From Amphiscolops sp. MND2022 (Eukaryota): a stretch of DNA of 64,000 bases. Shown piece after piece: positions 21,617 to 33,843 of this stretch (the stretch's first letter is position 1; every line of letters starts with the position of its first letter). The stretch covers positions 38,254,001-38,318,000 of the forward strand of contig OZ076413.1 of assembly GCA_964187785.1 (NCBI GenBank). Direction: 5' to 3'. The notes beneath the pieces are model-generated. The model was given only the letters and a program-made list of their open reading frames with translations. It did no database searches and was not told where the DNA came from. The translations under genes were made by a program, and so were the position numbers.

Positions 21617-22021
21617 ATGTACTGCAATCACAGGGGCGTGGGAGGAGTGGTTGTGTAGGACATCACCACGTCATCACAGCTGGTGGGAACCTTCGGCGCT
21701 GGTCCTCTCTGTCCCCATACATTGCAAATTAGCTGAAAATAAGCTAGAAAACCCTTTAAAACACGTTCCGGATAGGCCGGAATAGCTTTTTTTATTAGGT
21801 TTTAGTGAGGAAAAAGGGGGTACACTGTTAAGAACGGTTAATTTCTCTAAGTAGACCTCAGAAACACGGGGAAAACGCAGGAATAACACTAGCACAAAGC
21901 CCAGAGGGCCAGAAAAATGCTATAAAAATAATCTAGGACCCTCCCGAAACGTTTTCCTAGGTCTGGACCCTTCGGGGCCGGAAAGCAGAAGTTGCTCCTA
22001 CCTGTACGCAATATGAAAAAT

Positions 22022-22039
22022 ATCCCTCTGTGGTCGCCA
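22022..22039 (-). promoter_or_regulatory. Primer-binding site of the giant Gypsy, tRNA-Arg-like
   Basis: The minus strand reads TGGCGACCACAGAGGGAT, complementary to a ...AUCCCUCUGUGGUCGCCA tRNA 3' end. Confidence 0.7.
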
Positions 22040-22055
22040 TAAAAACTATTCCAGA

Positions 22056-22769
22056 TGTAACGACCGGCTAGCGACGCACATCTAGGAAAAGGGACAATGC
22101 CTAGGATGCTTAAACAGGAGACCGTTGTCTTACTACATACCTAGACACTAGTTTTTGATCCCAAAATGGTCTCCAAGGGGGACTTTTCTAACGTCTAAGG
22201 AGGCTTCTCTAGTTAGAGCTCCGAAGCGACGCGCCGGCACTCTCAAAGTCCGGACACGCCCCACAAGCCTGTAAAAACATTCCTAAGGTTTCTAATGTAC
22301 TCCTGCGAGTTCCTACATGCTTCCGAGGTCAAAACAGTGATTTAGCTGGAAAACATAATATTTGGGAAATAAGATATAAAATGACCTAGAAGGTCAAACA
22401 TCTTCCAAATATCGAAGGGAATTATGAAGATAATAAGGAAAAACGGGGACAAACCCCAATTACTTTACAGTTTCAAGCCATAATTCGGAATATCCCTCTG
22501 GCAATCTTCATCTGAAATTGTTGAATTTCGTAAGAGATGACACAACTTCCCGATAATCGCCATTCTGACATTCCTCGATCTTCTTGCTCTTTCATCCTTT
22601 TCTGCTGTCTCTCCGGCACGTGTTCTCTTTCTTGCTCGCTCTCCGCGTGTTTTTTTTTCTTTCACACTTTTTGTACCTGTCAGGTCGGCCATCTTTTTTC
22701 TTCTATTTTGACATCGCACATTTCGAATTTTTCATCGAAATTTTGGTCATGCCGGTGGCAGACGTTACA
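22056..22769 (-). repeat. Putative 5' LTR of the giant Gypsy (~714 bp)
   Basis: Bounded by a 7-bp inverted repeat TGTAACG...CGTTACA, next to the PBS, with AT-rich intron-like DNA outside. The partner LTR is not in the window, so the boundaries are unconfirmed. Confidence 0.55.
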
Positions 22770-22860
22770 ATACGATAGAAAGAATTTGTTTAGAATAAAC
22801 TTTTCTCAAGCTGGATTTGATCGCAGTTACTGTTTTTTACCAAATACTTTCTGATTCTAG

Positions 22861-23103
22861 TTGCTGTTAACGAAGCAGTTCGCGGAATAAAAATTTATTC
22901 TGTATCTGGTCAAGAAGCATTCAATGGAGACCTGTCGACATTGCAATTCTCTCAAAAACACGTGGTCTCGAACACTATCGATGGAAATTTTTCGACTGAT
23001 CCGTTCTACTGCTTTGTCTCACAGCAAAGTGTGAATGGATGGGTGACTTTTAGTTTCGAATGGTCGATGGTCACACATGTTAAGTTTCTCAATGCAGAAG
23101 AGG
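22861..23103 (+). CDS. Host exon: N-terminal half of an F-type lectin / galactose-binding-like domain
   Basis: ttctag| acceptor, open frame ...NTIDGNFSTDPFYC...NGWVTFSF...VTHVKFLN, |gtgaga donor. Phase 1 at both ends, matching the next exon. Confidence 0.65.
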
Positions 23104-23278
23104 GTGAGAATACAAAACTGACCCTAAAGAACTCTTTATCTTTCGATGTGGTACTTGAGTCTGAAACAAGGCAACAAAGTTGCGGAATCATTGAATCAAC
23201 CAATCAATTTGAAAATGGATCCTTTGAATAATACTCACAAGAATTCTGGAAATTAAATTCTTTACAAAACAGAGACAA

Positions 23279-23351
23279 AACTGGTGAGTAGTTTGGGATG
23301 GTTTTGAAAAATTTGAAAACTTTCAAAAGCATCCCAAACTACTCACCAGTT
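23279..23351. repeat. Intronic near-perfect hairpin: 31-bp arms, 11-nt spacer, one mismatch
   Basis: 23279-23309 is the reverse complement of 23321-23351 apart from one position. Confidence 0.92.
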
Positions 23352-23670
23352 CTCTCTTTTTTGGTCTTATTGTCTCTTTTTTCGAAGTTATCTTTTAAAA
23401 AAGCACAACATTGATCAACAAATTTGGAAGATTTACGTCACTACACTGCCAAATGTGCGTCATGTCGAAAAGTCGGCGGATTTCGCTGAGATACTATAGA
23501 TCAAGTTTTCACTGTTTACGCTTTTTAGGAGTTTATGCGCAATTTAGGAGAGAACCTGAAGCCACTCAAATTTCGCACAGTAACAATTTTTTTTTCAAAT
23601 GTTGATTGAAACGTTGAAACGATAACAAAACACTGAAAAATGATTATGTTTCATGTTTATGCTATTTTAG

Positions 23671-23894
23671 GGAGCACCATAGAAGGACTTTCTGTTTTCG
23701 TATGTCAGTTTCCACCAACGAACAGGGGCTGTCGACCTTGTGGATTTGCCTCAAGTACTCAAGAAGAAAACTGGACTGTAGTCTACTGTACTGGTTGCAT
23801 GGTAGAGGGCAATTCGCTTGAAATTATACACCCCTACAACAACCTGAAGCTTTGCGAAGTCCAGATTTTTGGGAAACAGCTGGGTTATTTATAA
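23671..23894 (+). CDS. Host exon: C-terminal half of an F-type lectin-like domain
   Basis: ttttag| acceptor in phase 1. Reads IEGLSVFVC...C..C...VYC...GNSLEI...LKLCEVQIFG; LCEV(Q/E)(V/I)(F/Y)G is typical of FTP domains. Confidence 0.75.
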
Positions 23895-24284
23895 TCAAAC
23901 TGTTGAGTAACTGTGTTGTGTTATACGCGTAACCTGTGATTGAGGTCATGTAAATTTTAAAAACCTTCCAATACTACCTTTTTTGGAACCCACGCACCAA
24001 AAATGTTCATTTGATTTCTTTGCATTGACTTTATTATTACAACGCAAGATGCGCAGCTATACTCGTTTCACTCAAAATAGTAAATTCATCGTTTTTCAAC
24101 TAGTAGCAGTTTTCGGTCCACGAAAGTACTTGTGAACGCTCAGGAGCTTTAGTATACATTTTACGTTCCTGACGGACGTGTCTGGTTTTGGAGTGTGGCA
24201 GTTTCATGAATTTTTACAAAACCTTCTAATAAATTATCACAATTGCAACCTAATTTCGTTGCTCTTCAGCAACAGGTCCATGAG

Positions 24285-24503
24285 TTGTGAACAAAGTTCC
24301 GATCAAAGTTACATTACAACATAGAGCCTTCCAAAACGGAGCGGTACCCGCACCTGTGCGCCTAGAGGGCGAGCCAGTGGACGCATGGCATCCAGTGATC
24401 GAATTCTGCCGGATGGCAGGGCAAATCCCTGGCTACGCTTACCACATACTATTTGAAGAAGTTATTGTACATTATGTGCAGTTAACGAATTGTGTTCACG
24501 AAG
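24285..24503 (+). CDS. Putative further N-terminal-half exon of an F-type lectin-like domain
   Basis: Ends ...FEEVIVHYVQLTNCVHEG at a strong phase-1 |gtaagt donor, paralleling the 22861-23103 exon. The acceptor is weak or uncertain. Confidence 0.4.
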
Positions 24504-25175
24504 GTAAGTCAGCATTAAGGACTTAGTTTGAAACGTTCTGCTTTCAAAGATGATAGAAAGTCCTTTGTATATTTTTTCTATGGATGTGAAGTCAGTCCGT
24601 GAGGTTTAGACATTTCCGGGTTTCTCTTGGACGCCTGAACTAGACCTTTTTAAATCCGATAAATTTTACAAGATTTTCACTAAAATGCGCCGAAACAGTT
24701 ATCAGTTCATACACAATTTTCTCATCAACTTAAAATTAATTTAGTCGCGATAAAAATATAGATGTCAAATTTTGTCGAGGTGTATAGATTTGCTGAGTGG
24801 TGTATACTACTCAGTTTTCGAAACTTTCATAACACCCCCGGGTTGCCAACCCAGAGAAAGATGTTGCTCAGACCTGACCCCAGACTGATAAATGTCTGCA
24901 AACTAGGTTTTGCAGTGATCACTCGAGACTCTGCTCCGCTCCGGCAGCTACAGAACTAATGTAACATTCCTCCACCATGAAGCAACCGATATGTAACTGC
25001 CGTAGTTAGAGTAGAAGAGCTTGTCCACGGTAGATTCGTTGACTGGTATACGTTCAGTATTGGTTTTACACGGTAAGCTATCAAATACGCTCGAACTTTT
25101 CAGCAATGGTTGTTCAGATTTGCAAAGTACATTTTTCAGGTCTCTTGGGGCACCGTACCAGTTTACTAGGCTGGG

Positions 25176-25717
25176 CTACTGAGGTAGGTGACATGCTTTC
25201 TTGGTGCACTTATGCAACACTGCGAGAAGATTTTCTACCTGATGTAGAGCGGTCTTTATCGTAGCGTATTTCTTGGTCACAGCTATTGGCAACACTTCCG
25301 TAATCATCTCTTCATAACGAATAGGTTGCACTTGTTGCAGGTATGTGCAAATGAACGTAGTCTGGACCCGTACGGACAAAGGTTTCTTGGGTATCGTAAA
25401 AAGCTGATTGTGCTGAAGATTGGTGCTAGCACGGGTGCTAGCTCAGTGACCATGTCTTCAACTTCGGCTAACGTCATGTCGGCTAACTGCTGCGGCATGA
25501 GGAATACAGCCGTTACCCAAGGGAATTCCTTAGGACTACACACGGCCCACTCCAAAGATCAGTCCGAGACCAAGAGCACCCAGTGTTGGAGGGAGGCCCT
25601 CGCTCTGAAAACCTGGAAAGTGTAATCTTGGGCGTCAGGAATTGGAGCTGCCATTGAGCAAACACTAAAATGTATATAAATCTGAGATTCTGTCAGCCTG
25701 TGTCAACTCAGTCACCG
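25176..25717 (-). pseudogene. Decayed, diverged homolog of giant-Gypsy ORF3: C-terminal segment
   Basis: VFLMPQQLADMTLAEVEDMVTELAPVLAPIFSTISFLRYP aligns without gaps to ORF3 VFLFPSQMATLMLVETEDLMPLIAPIVWPIFGAVMALRYP. Confidence 0.85.
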
Positions 25718-26516
25718 CCCAGTGACACGAATCTTGGCACGCTTGCCAAGATGCATGGGTATGCTTGCCAAGATCTTGGCAAGATCTTGCCAAGATCTTA
25801 CCAAGGCTACCATGATCATGCAAGATCATGGCAAGGCTGACCATGCGTCTTACCAAGCGTACCAAGATTTTCCATGTATCTTACCAAGCTTTTCCATGTG
25901 TCTTGCCAAGCATACCAAGATTTTTCTATCCATCTTGCCAATCCAACCAGGATTTTTTCATGCGTTTTGCAAAGCATTCCAAGATTCAGTAATTAGAACC
26001 CGTTACCTCAATAGATCAGGTAATAGCATGATTTGCATAATTTTAAACAAATCATCGCTAGAAAAGTTGGTTTTCACACCGATATCGCAAACCCGCAAGT
26101 TGCAATAACTTGATTCGGAGTTTGCTTGGTATGATAAGTCATGTTAGTAGTAACAATGCCGTGCTCTCAAGTAACAAAACTCGGTCAATAGGTGCAGCGA
26201 ATTATTGAGCAAATTTTGGATAATTTTCAATTAAAAACTATTTTCAATCAATAAATATTATGTCCAAAGTTATTACAATGGCTAATTCAAAAATTGCAGA
26301 CGACAAAGAATTTTTGCGAAAAGAATAAATTATGCACAATTAATACCAGCTTACATGTCTTACCATGGTTATCTTGTCAAGATCTTGCCATGATCTTGCC
26401 ATGATCTTGGCAAGCGTTCCATGCATCATGTTTTTCCATGCGTCTTGGTAAGCCTACCATGCGTTTCCATGTTTTTCCAAGATCTTGGCAAGGCTACCAA
26501 GATTCGTGTCACTGGG
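25718..26516. mobile_element. Non-autonomous EnSpm/CMC-like DNA transposon (799 bp)
   Basis: 20-bp TIR CCCAGTGACACGAATCTTGG, 2-bp TSD (CG), and subterminal arrays of CAAGATCTTG motifs. Confidence 0.88.
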
Positions 26517-26866
26517 CGTCACTAGCGGTCCAACTACACATCTCTGCTGCCCAATAGCGAGGACGATTGCTAAAGCTTCGATCACAGTCATGTCAACGAA
26601 AGTATCCGTAAATTCAACAGTTTGATCATCGCTCAAAGTAACCGACCATCTGAGGACAAGACGGGTGACAATTGAGGATATGGGTATGGACAGCCTTCAA
26701 GCTACGTCTTTCATGGTCTTGGTACGGAACTAGCCGTACCACAGCCCATAAGATATGTTGCACGTGCTCACTTCCTCTGTCAACTCTAGGGTCTCTTGTG
26801 TCACAATAGCACGCTTTTCCAAAGACAACTGGATAATTCCGTATATCTTGCAAAACGGACATTGAG
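26517..26866 (-). pseudogene. Decayed ORF3 homolog: segment between the EnSpm-like element and the BEL element (copy at 44044-44393)
   Basis: LSDDQTVEFTDTFVDMTVIEALAIVLAIG...GP versus ORF3 LDDQQTRLYQEAMQKATISEILAYLMAVG...GP. Confidence 0.82.
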
Positions 26867-26871
26867 AATGG

Positions 26872-27118
26872 TGTTCACGCTAATATGACCTGAATGAACT
26901 TCATATTAAATACTACTTGAGTTTCTTCATGTATGACTTTCTAATTACTCTATGCCACGTTGCTTAACATGCTTGACTTCAATGAATAACCAATCATATT
27001 GCAATACGTAATTGTTCATGTGGCTTCTCATTCACTCATTTGTTTAGCGAGTCAAAGAAAACGTTTGGACTTGATTCAAACTTTCAATTTCTCTTTTTGC
27101 CACAATCGGCTCACAACA
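26872..27118 (+). repeat. BEL 5' LTR, copy 1
   Basis: TGTTC...CAACA; differs from 33592-33838 at five positions by my count. Confidence 0.96.
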
Positions 27119-27186
27119 CTTTTTGGTGCCGCGACCCGGGAAGCATTCTCGGAAATTCTTCAGCAGCTCTCTCGAACGACCAATTC

Positions 27187-30100
27187 ATGGCGGAGGAGGA
27201 GTTAACAGGCCAACAGGCACTGACAATGGCCGAACAAAAAGTTCGTCTCAGTCAACTCAAGAGAAGACGAGGTGGTCACAAATCGACTGTCACAAAACTT
27301 CTAGCTGACGCACAGGTTATTAGTCAAACCGGCTCTACAGATAGTGCCACAATCGATCGACTACAGCAAATTGTCGAACGAATTCGCCAGAAACAAAAGG
27401 ACATCGCAGCAATCAATGAGCGATTATTTGACATAATAGATTTGGTTGATCCAGATTCTATTGAGCAAGAAATGGAAGAAAATGAACGAGCTGCCGAGCT
27501 ACACGCTGAGGATTTGTGGAAGCTCGAAAAACTCATCGAAAACTTCACCAAGCCTCTCAAGCCGGTAATTCCTTTACAAACTACAAATTTATCTAGTCAA
27601 GCTACACCAAAGCGAGACAATGTCAAGCTCCCAAAACTAAACATACCTGACTTTGATGGTTGTTATAAGTCTTGGACTTCCTTTTGGGATCTATTTCAAA
27701 CGTCTGTGGACGCGAACAAGAGTTTGAGCAGAGCTGAAAAACTCAGTTACTTAAAATCTTTCTTGAAAGGTGAACCTGCTCGGATCACTTCAGCATTACA
27801 GATTACAGACGCTGATTATGACGTCGCATGCAAGGTACTACAGGAACGTTATAACAATGAACGATCAATTGTGAGAGCCCACACAGCAGCTTTATTGAAT
27901 TATCCTGCTCTTAAGCAAGAAAGTGCAGCTGCGCTCCGCAATTTACAGTGCAAAGTCAGTGAAAATCTGTTTGCGCTTGAAGCCAAGGGATTTTTTGAAA
28001 CTCGGAAGGATCCATTGGTACTCAATCTTGTAGCAGACAAGCATGATCATGAATCAAGCCGCCAGTGGGAACTCAGCCTCAGAGGCAACGACGTTCCAAC
28101 TCTCGATAAGCTGCTTACTTTCATTGATCACCGAGCAAGGGCACTTGAAATTCTACCTCGGAAGGAGAAACCCAGCATTACAGCAGCGTCACGACCCGCA
28201 GCAAGTGGCAAGCATATGAGCTACCATCAACAAGAACAGCCGTGTCCAGTGTGCAATGCGGGCGAACATCGCGATAAATTTTTAGCGATGACTTCAGAGC
28301 AAAGATACGCTGAAGTTTTGAGGTTGAAACTATGCGGGAATTGTCTGCAACCCGGTCATTTGAAAGCCAAATGTCCCAGCAAGCGCAACTGCAAAACATG
28401 TAACAGGCGTCATAATTCTCTATTACACAAAGAGAATACATCCAACACAGTGGGACATGCGCAGGTAATGCTCACTAATGATAATGTCCAAACCATTTTG
28501 GGGACTGTTGAGGTGTCTGAGCTTGGCAATGGGGGGAAATGGGTTCCAATGCGGGCCCTCTTAGATTCAGGATCCACCATTAACATGATCACGGAGCAAA
28601 CTACGACAACAATACGAGCAGTTGGACAAATGCACAGGTCCACATCTCAAAAGAGAGATCAACGTGCAATTACTGTGTAGACAATCTGCAACGGTGATTC
28701 CCACGAATCTAGCTGTGACCAAAACGATCACTGGTCTCTTACCAGCAACTAAAGTATGTTTGCCAGAGAATCAATTAACATGTTATAAAATGGCAGACCC
28801 TAATTTCGGAACTCCTGGTCCCATTGATCTCCTAATTGGTGCAAATCGTTATGATACAATCGTTCTCAGTGAACGAATCAAATTGCAAAACAGACTATTT
28901 TTGCGAAAAACTCTTTGTGGTTGGATGCTTTCTGGCTCACTATCTAGTCGTGTTAAAGGTGATCTTCAACGTTCCTTTCATGTAGCTATCGACCCATCAG
29001 TTAATCAATCTTCAGCTAATGATCCACTGAAAAGATTTCGAGAAATTGAGGATATCCCGAAGAAACGATTCCTAACACCGGAGGAAGAGCAGTGTGAGCA
29101 AATCTTCAAGGACACTACAAGGCGGTGTGCTGATGGCAGATTCTCAGTGTCTCTTCCCTTCAATCCTGAAGCTAAACCAGTCGGTGATAGTTTTCAGCAG
29201 GCCCAACGGCGTTTCTTGTCTCTTGAGAGGCGCCTAGAGAAGCAACCAATACTCAAGGAGCGATATTCCAAGTTCTTAAATGTATTCATTGATCTTGATC
29301 ATTTAGAGATCGTACCTGTGGATGAAATTGAAAAACCAGACAACGAGATGTTCTACTTGCCACACCATTGCGTTGAAAAGGAGCCAGCACAACGACAAAA
29401 GTGTGTGTGGTCTTCGACGCATCCGCCATTACCACTTCAGGCACATCTCTCAACGATATTCTGCTTACAGGTCCTCGACTTCAAGATGATCTTTTCGAAA
29501 TACTACTCAGATTTCGGTTTCATCGCATCGGACTCACAGCGGATGTAGAAAAAATGTACCAACAAATTGCTCTGAATTCACCTGACAAGGATTTCCATCG
29601 CATTTGGTGGCGAGAGCGAAAATCCGAATCACTCAAAACATACAGAATGACACGTGTAGCCTATGGGGTCAGATCTTCAGCGCATCACTCCACGCGGGCC
29701 CTTCAGGAGAAAGCTCATGTCGAGTATGATTCTCAAACAACGGCAGTGGTTCTGCGCGACTTTGCCGTAGACGACTTACTCACAGGAGCATCTAGTCTTG
29801 AAGACGCTCTTGAGCTCCAGAAAAGAATTACTACAGAGCTCAAAAAGACCGGGTTTAATCTCCGTAAATGGTCTTCAAGCAGTTCTGAATTCATGCACAG
29901 GTTGCCTGAAGCATTGCAAGAAGCACCCTCAGCTTATATTATTGAAGACAGGAATCATAGTATTAAAGTTCTAGGAATAAAATGGATTCCTCTCGGCGAT
30001 TACTTTTGCTTCACAACACGTGAATTTGAAGTTGACAACCCTACAAAACGTCAACTGTTGTCAAATATCGCCAAACTTTATGATCCTTTGGGGTGGTTAT

Positions 30101-32274
30101 CACCAGCAAAAATTAAATTCAAATTGCTAATCCAGGAGACATGGTTGGCTGGAGTTGGTTGGGATGAGGCCGTCGGAGACTCAATTGCTACGAAATGGCG
30201 CAGTGCCAAAGACATATTTAGCGATCTGGCTCAAATTAAACTTAACCGTTGTGTGCTACTCCCCGGAAAAATCGACACTACCGAGCTGCATGTATTTTGC
30301 GACGCGTCGGAACGTGCTTATGCTGCAGTAGTATACTCACGAATTCAAGACGATCTTGGCACCATCCGAGTTCAGCTCCTTTCGGCGAAATCCAAGGTTG
30401 CACCAATCAAAACAGTAAGCCTTCCACGGTTAGAATTGTGTGCAGCCGATCTGGGTGGTAAGCTAGTGACAATCTGCAAAGACGCACTGGAAAAGTTGGG
30501 TGTTCAAATTGATTCCATCCATGGTTGGACAGATTCCACAATTGTCTCGTCTTGGTTAGCATATTATCCATCGAATTGGTCAACCTTCGTTGGCAATCGA
30601 GATTCAAGCATTCAGAAGGCAATAGCCCCTGAGCAGTGGATGCACGTGGACTCGAGCAACAATCCTGCAGATTGCGCCTCTCGGGGTCTTCTGTCTCAAG
30701 AGTTGACAACTTTTCAGCTTTGGTGGGATGGACCAAGTTGGCTCACGACTGATCGCAACCAATGGCCACAGCAATCTGTCGTGCCCAAAATGATGCCACC
30801 TGAACGTCGAAAAAACAAAACAGTGGCGCTGGCAGTAGCCAGTCCTCCCGCCCCAGTGATTGATGTGGAGCGCTTTTCGCAGTGGAGAAGACTCATGGCG
30901 ACGACGAAAAGAATTGTCCTTCTGACAAGTAGAATCAAATCAAACGAAGAGTACTCAAAACTGGACGCCCACTTGAAGGCCCGTAACGTACTTTTGAAGC
31001 TTCATCAGCAGCATCTATTTGCGACCGAAATCAATCAAATCATCGGGCAAAGGCGCCATTCTTTGACAACGAAGATAACCTGCTCCGAGTTGGTGGCAGA
31101 TTATCGCAAAGCAATTACAATGAGGACATCAAATTTCCAATTATTGTCGCGGGAGATACCCATTTTGTAACCCTATTGATAAGGGATGCCCATCAAAACA
31201 CTCTGCATGGTGGACCGCAAGCAACGCTTTACAAACTCAGACAAGAAATTTGAATCACAGGTGGAGTCAAAACAGTGGCACGTATCATCAAGCAGTGCAT
31301 CACCTGTATACGCTTCAGCAAAAGCACCAACCAGCCTCAGATGGGCGACTTGCCAGCAGAGTGAATCTCCTCAACTAGAATTTTCACCAATGTCGGCCTG
31401 GACTTTGGTGGTCCAATACACATTAAGATCAGCAAAGCCAAGCTTGAGAAGGCCTACATTGCGCTCTCCATTTGCATGGCAACAAAGGCTATACACATAG
31501 AAGTTGTATCATCACTGACAACAGCAGCTTGCGTTGCAGCATTGCGCAGGTTCGTTGCACGACGAGGGCTCCCATCAGCTATCTTTTCCGACAATTGAGC
31601 AAATTTTATTGGTGCCAGAAGTGAGCTTTCAGCGCTTCAAAACATCCTAAACGACAAGTCGGCCAATTCTCTGACTCAGTTCTCCAACGCTAAAGGCACT
31701 GCATGGCTCATGATTCCACCCAGAGCACCGCACTTTGGAGGTCTATGGGAGGCCGGCATCAAGAAATGCAAAACGTTATTGCGCAAAATTGTTGGAGTTC
31801 AAACTTTAACCTTCAAGGCGCTTTCCACTGTGCTCACTCAAGTGGAAGCTGCTCTCAATTCACGCCCCATTAGCCCCATGTCTTCAGACCCGAATGCTTT
31901 GAACGTTTTGTCACCGGGACATTTCATCATTGGATCACCACTCGATGCATGGCCAGATGCAACTGATTCAAAGAACCTAACACTTAACCCTCAACAGCGT
32001 TGGAAGTTATTGCAGCAACTTTCACGAAGCAGAGTACCTTAACAACCTTCAACACAGAAGTAAATGGACAAAAGATGTGCCCAACTTCCAAGTTGGCGAT
32101 CTCGTCCTAGTTAAAGAGGACAACAATCCTCCACTTGTATGGCCACGCGCACGAATCACAAGGATCTTCGCAGGCAACGATGATGTCATTAGAGTGGTTC
32201 AATTGAGGACGGCAGCAGGAACCTACAATAGAACTGCCTCAAAATTGAGGCTTCTGAGTCCTACTGAAAACTGA
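27187..32274 (+). pseudogene. gag-pol: BEL gag-pol with multiple frameshifts and stops
   Basis: KLPKLNIPDFDG (DUF1759-like), CCHC knuckles, ALLDSGST, ADVEKMY, AVDD (from YVDD), FCDASERAYAA, PRLELCAA, GLDFGGP, GGLWEAGIK, DUF5641-like WPRARI. Confidence 0.96.
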
Positions 32275-32655
32275 AAATCGCAATCAGCAAAGTTGCTCTA
32301 AAATTGCAACAATCATCACCTCCTAGAGCTCAAATCGAAAAAAAACGCTACGTCATGACTTATCACGGACCTTATGGAAGCTCATGTATCCATTATTGAA
32401 GCCCTATAACTTACAAGCTTTATGGGCGAACACGGTTTATCATGCAATCTTGTTTTATCTTAAACAAATTTTTGTCGAATTATATTTATTACAGTCCTTC
32501 AAGCCAACTACTTTGGATGATTTATTCTACTCCTGCATACATGACTGGACTACCATGAATGAAACCAAACTCAATTGGCGTAATCTTCAATTGAAGTTCA
32601 TCAAATATCACAACAACAAATTAGCAAAAATCAAATTTGATTTCAAGCATACCCA

Positions 32656-33535
32656 TCACTTGCGGCCAAAGCGTTTCTTCCGAATGGACAGGCGATCACC
32701 CGTCCTGGGCTCTCCTCCTGGTCTGTACGAGCCCTTGCGACCACATTGCTCCCCGTCCATCTTGCACATGAACTTCTGACCCTTCAAATTGTTCTGCTGA
32801 AGTTTGTCCTCTTGTGGTAGGCAAGTGAAGGTTATCATGGACGTCACACCCAAAGACCACACTTGATGGGCGAAGCCCCACGGGATGTACACTGTGACTC
32901 CAGGAGTCTGCTCAAACCAGATGACATCGGTGGGCATCCTGTCCTTCACTTCTTGTGCCTATTTCAATCAGGGAGTAAGCAGTTTTCCTTGATTGAAGTC
33001 TCCTTCCAGCACGACGATTCTTTGCCAACCACCACAATTTTTCACCCTGTTGAAGCTGACTCATCACTGTCACTGCATTTGGACTTCCATCAAAGTGCCA
33101 CCCAGTGAAGGCGCAACCAGTGCTGAAGTATAATTGGGCATCATGCATTCTGTCGGGCGGCCGAACACAACGTTGGAGCAACTCGCAATAATCCTCGTCA
33201 TTTGAAGCAAGCACTGCAATTGGATAGCATTGCTTGATATATCGAGTATCAGGGTAATGCTGTGTCGATTCATTGGCAGTCCATTCAAATGCCTCACCCA
33301 ACTCTGTCACAGTCCGCGCTTCCTTGAAAATTCGCTCGGCATTCTCCTCTCGGTCACGCACCACCGGACTGACAATGGCTGTAGGCTCGTTTGGGCACAA
33401 TAGTACTTCTGCGACACTCTTGCAAGGAAGAACCTGATCTTCTCTCAATGACTCGTAACTATTCCGCAAGTACTGCTTTGCTGCCTCAAGACTGTTAAAC
33501 ATCCATCGATGTTGCCCCGATCTGGTATTCATCAT
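32656..33535 (-). pseudogene. JmjC-domain Fe(II)/2-oxoglutarate dioxygenase-like ORF (~292 aa if repaired), antisense inside the BEL element; one frameshift at ~32958
   Basis: FTGWHFDG, QGEKLWWL, then after a 1-nt frameshift EQTPGVTVYIPWGFAHQVWS. Ends in a basic tail, RKKRFGRK. Confidence 0.87.
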
Positions 33536-33591
33536 TCGTATCTGAAAGAAAAAAGAATTTGGGATATCACGAAATCCCAAGGCCGTCGGGA

Positions 33592-33838
33592 TGTTCACGC
33601 TAATATGACCTGAATGAACTTCATGTTAAATACTACTTGAATTTCTTCATGTATGACTTTCTAATTACTCTATGCCACGTTGCTTAACATGCTTGACTTC
33701 AATGAATAACCAATCATATTGCAATACGTAATTGTTCACGTGGCTTCTCATTCACTCATTTGTTTAGCGAGTCAAAGAAAACGTTTGGATTTAATTCAAA
33801 CTTTCAATTTCTCTTTTTGCCACAATCGGCTCACAACA
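33592..33838 (+). repeat. BEL 3' LTR, copy 1
   Basis: Direct repeat of 26872-27118, followed by the TSD AATGG. Confidence 0.96.
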
Positions 33839-33843
33839 AATGG

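Larger units (their letters stand above)
1..22769 (-). mobile_element. Giant Ty3/Gypsy LTR retrotransposon, defective copy; 3' end runs off the left edge of the window
   Basis: Collinear minus-strand gag, CCHC, PR (DTG), RT (YIDD), RNase H (DAS), integrase (HHCC, D-D-E) and two extra ORFs. A PBS and putative LTR lie at about 22.0-22.8 kb. About 15 kb of the element is in the window after subtracting the two insertions. Confidence 0.88.
26872..33838 (+). mobile_element. BEL/Pao LTR retrotransposon, copy 1 (defective), carrying an antisense JmjC ORF
   Basis: 247-bp LTRs, 5-bp TSD AATGG (26867-26871 and 33839-33843), PBS TGGTGCCGCGACCCGGGA at 27124, and a BEL-type gag-pol. Confidence 0.96.

Noticed and set aside
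24880-25090. Possible minus-strand exon or 3' LTR of the decayed element
   Set aside because: A short open frame exists, but I found no motif, no partner LTR and no TSD.
25718-26516. Reiterated CAAGATCTTGG motifs as a CRISPR array
   Set aside because: There are no unique spacers of constant length and no cas genes. The motifs sit inside TIR- and TSD-bounded elements in eukaryotic DNA.
32384-32779. 131-aa plus-strand ORF (158 aa in copy 2) downstream of BEL pol
   Set aside because: AT-rich, no recognisable motif, length varies with an A-run indel, and it partly shadows the JmjC ORF on the other strand.
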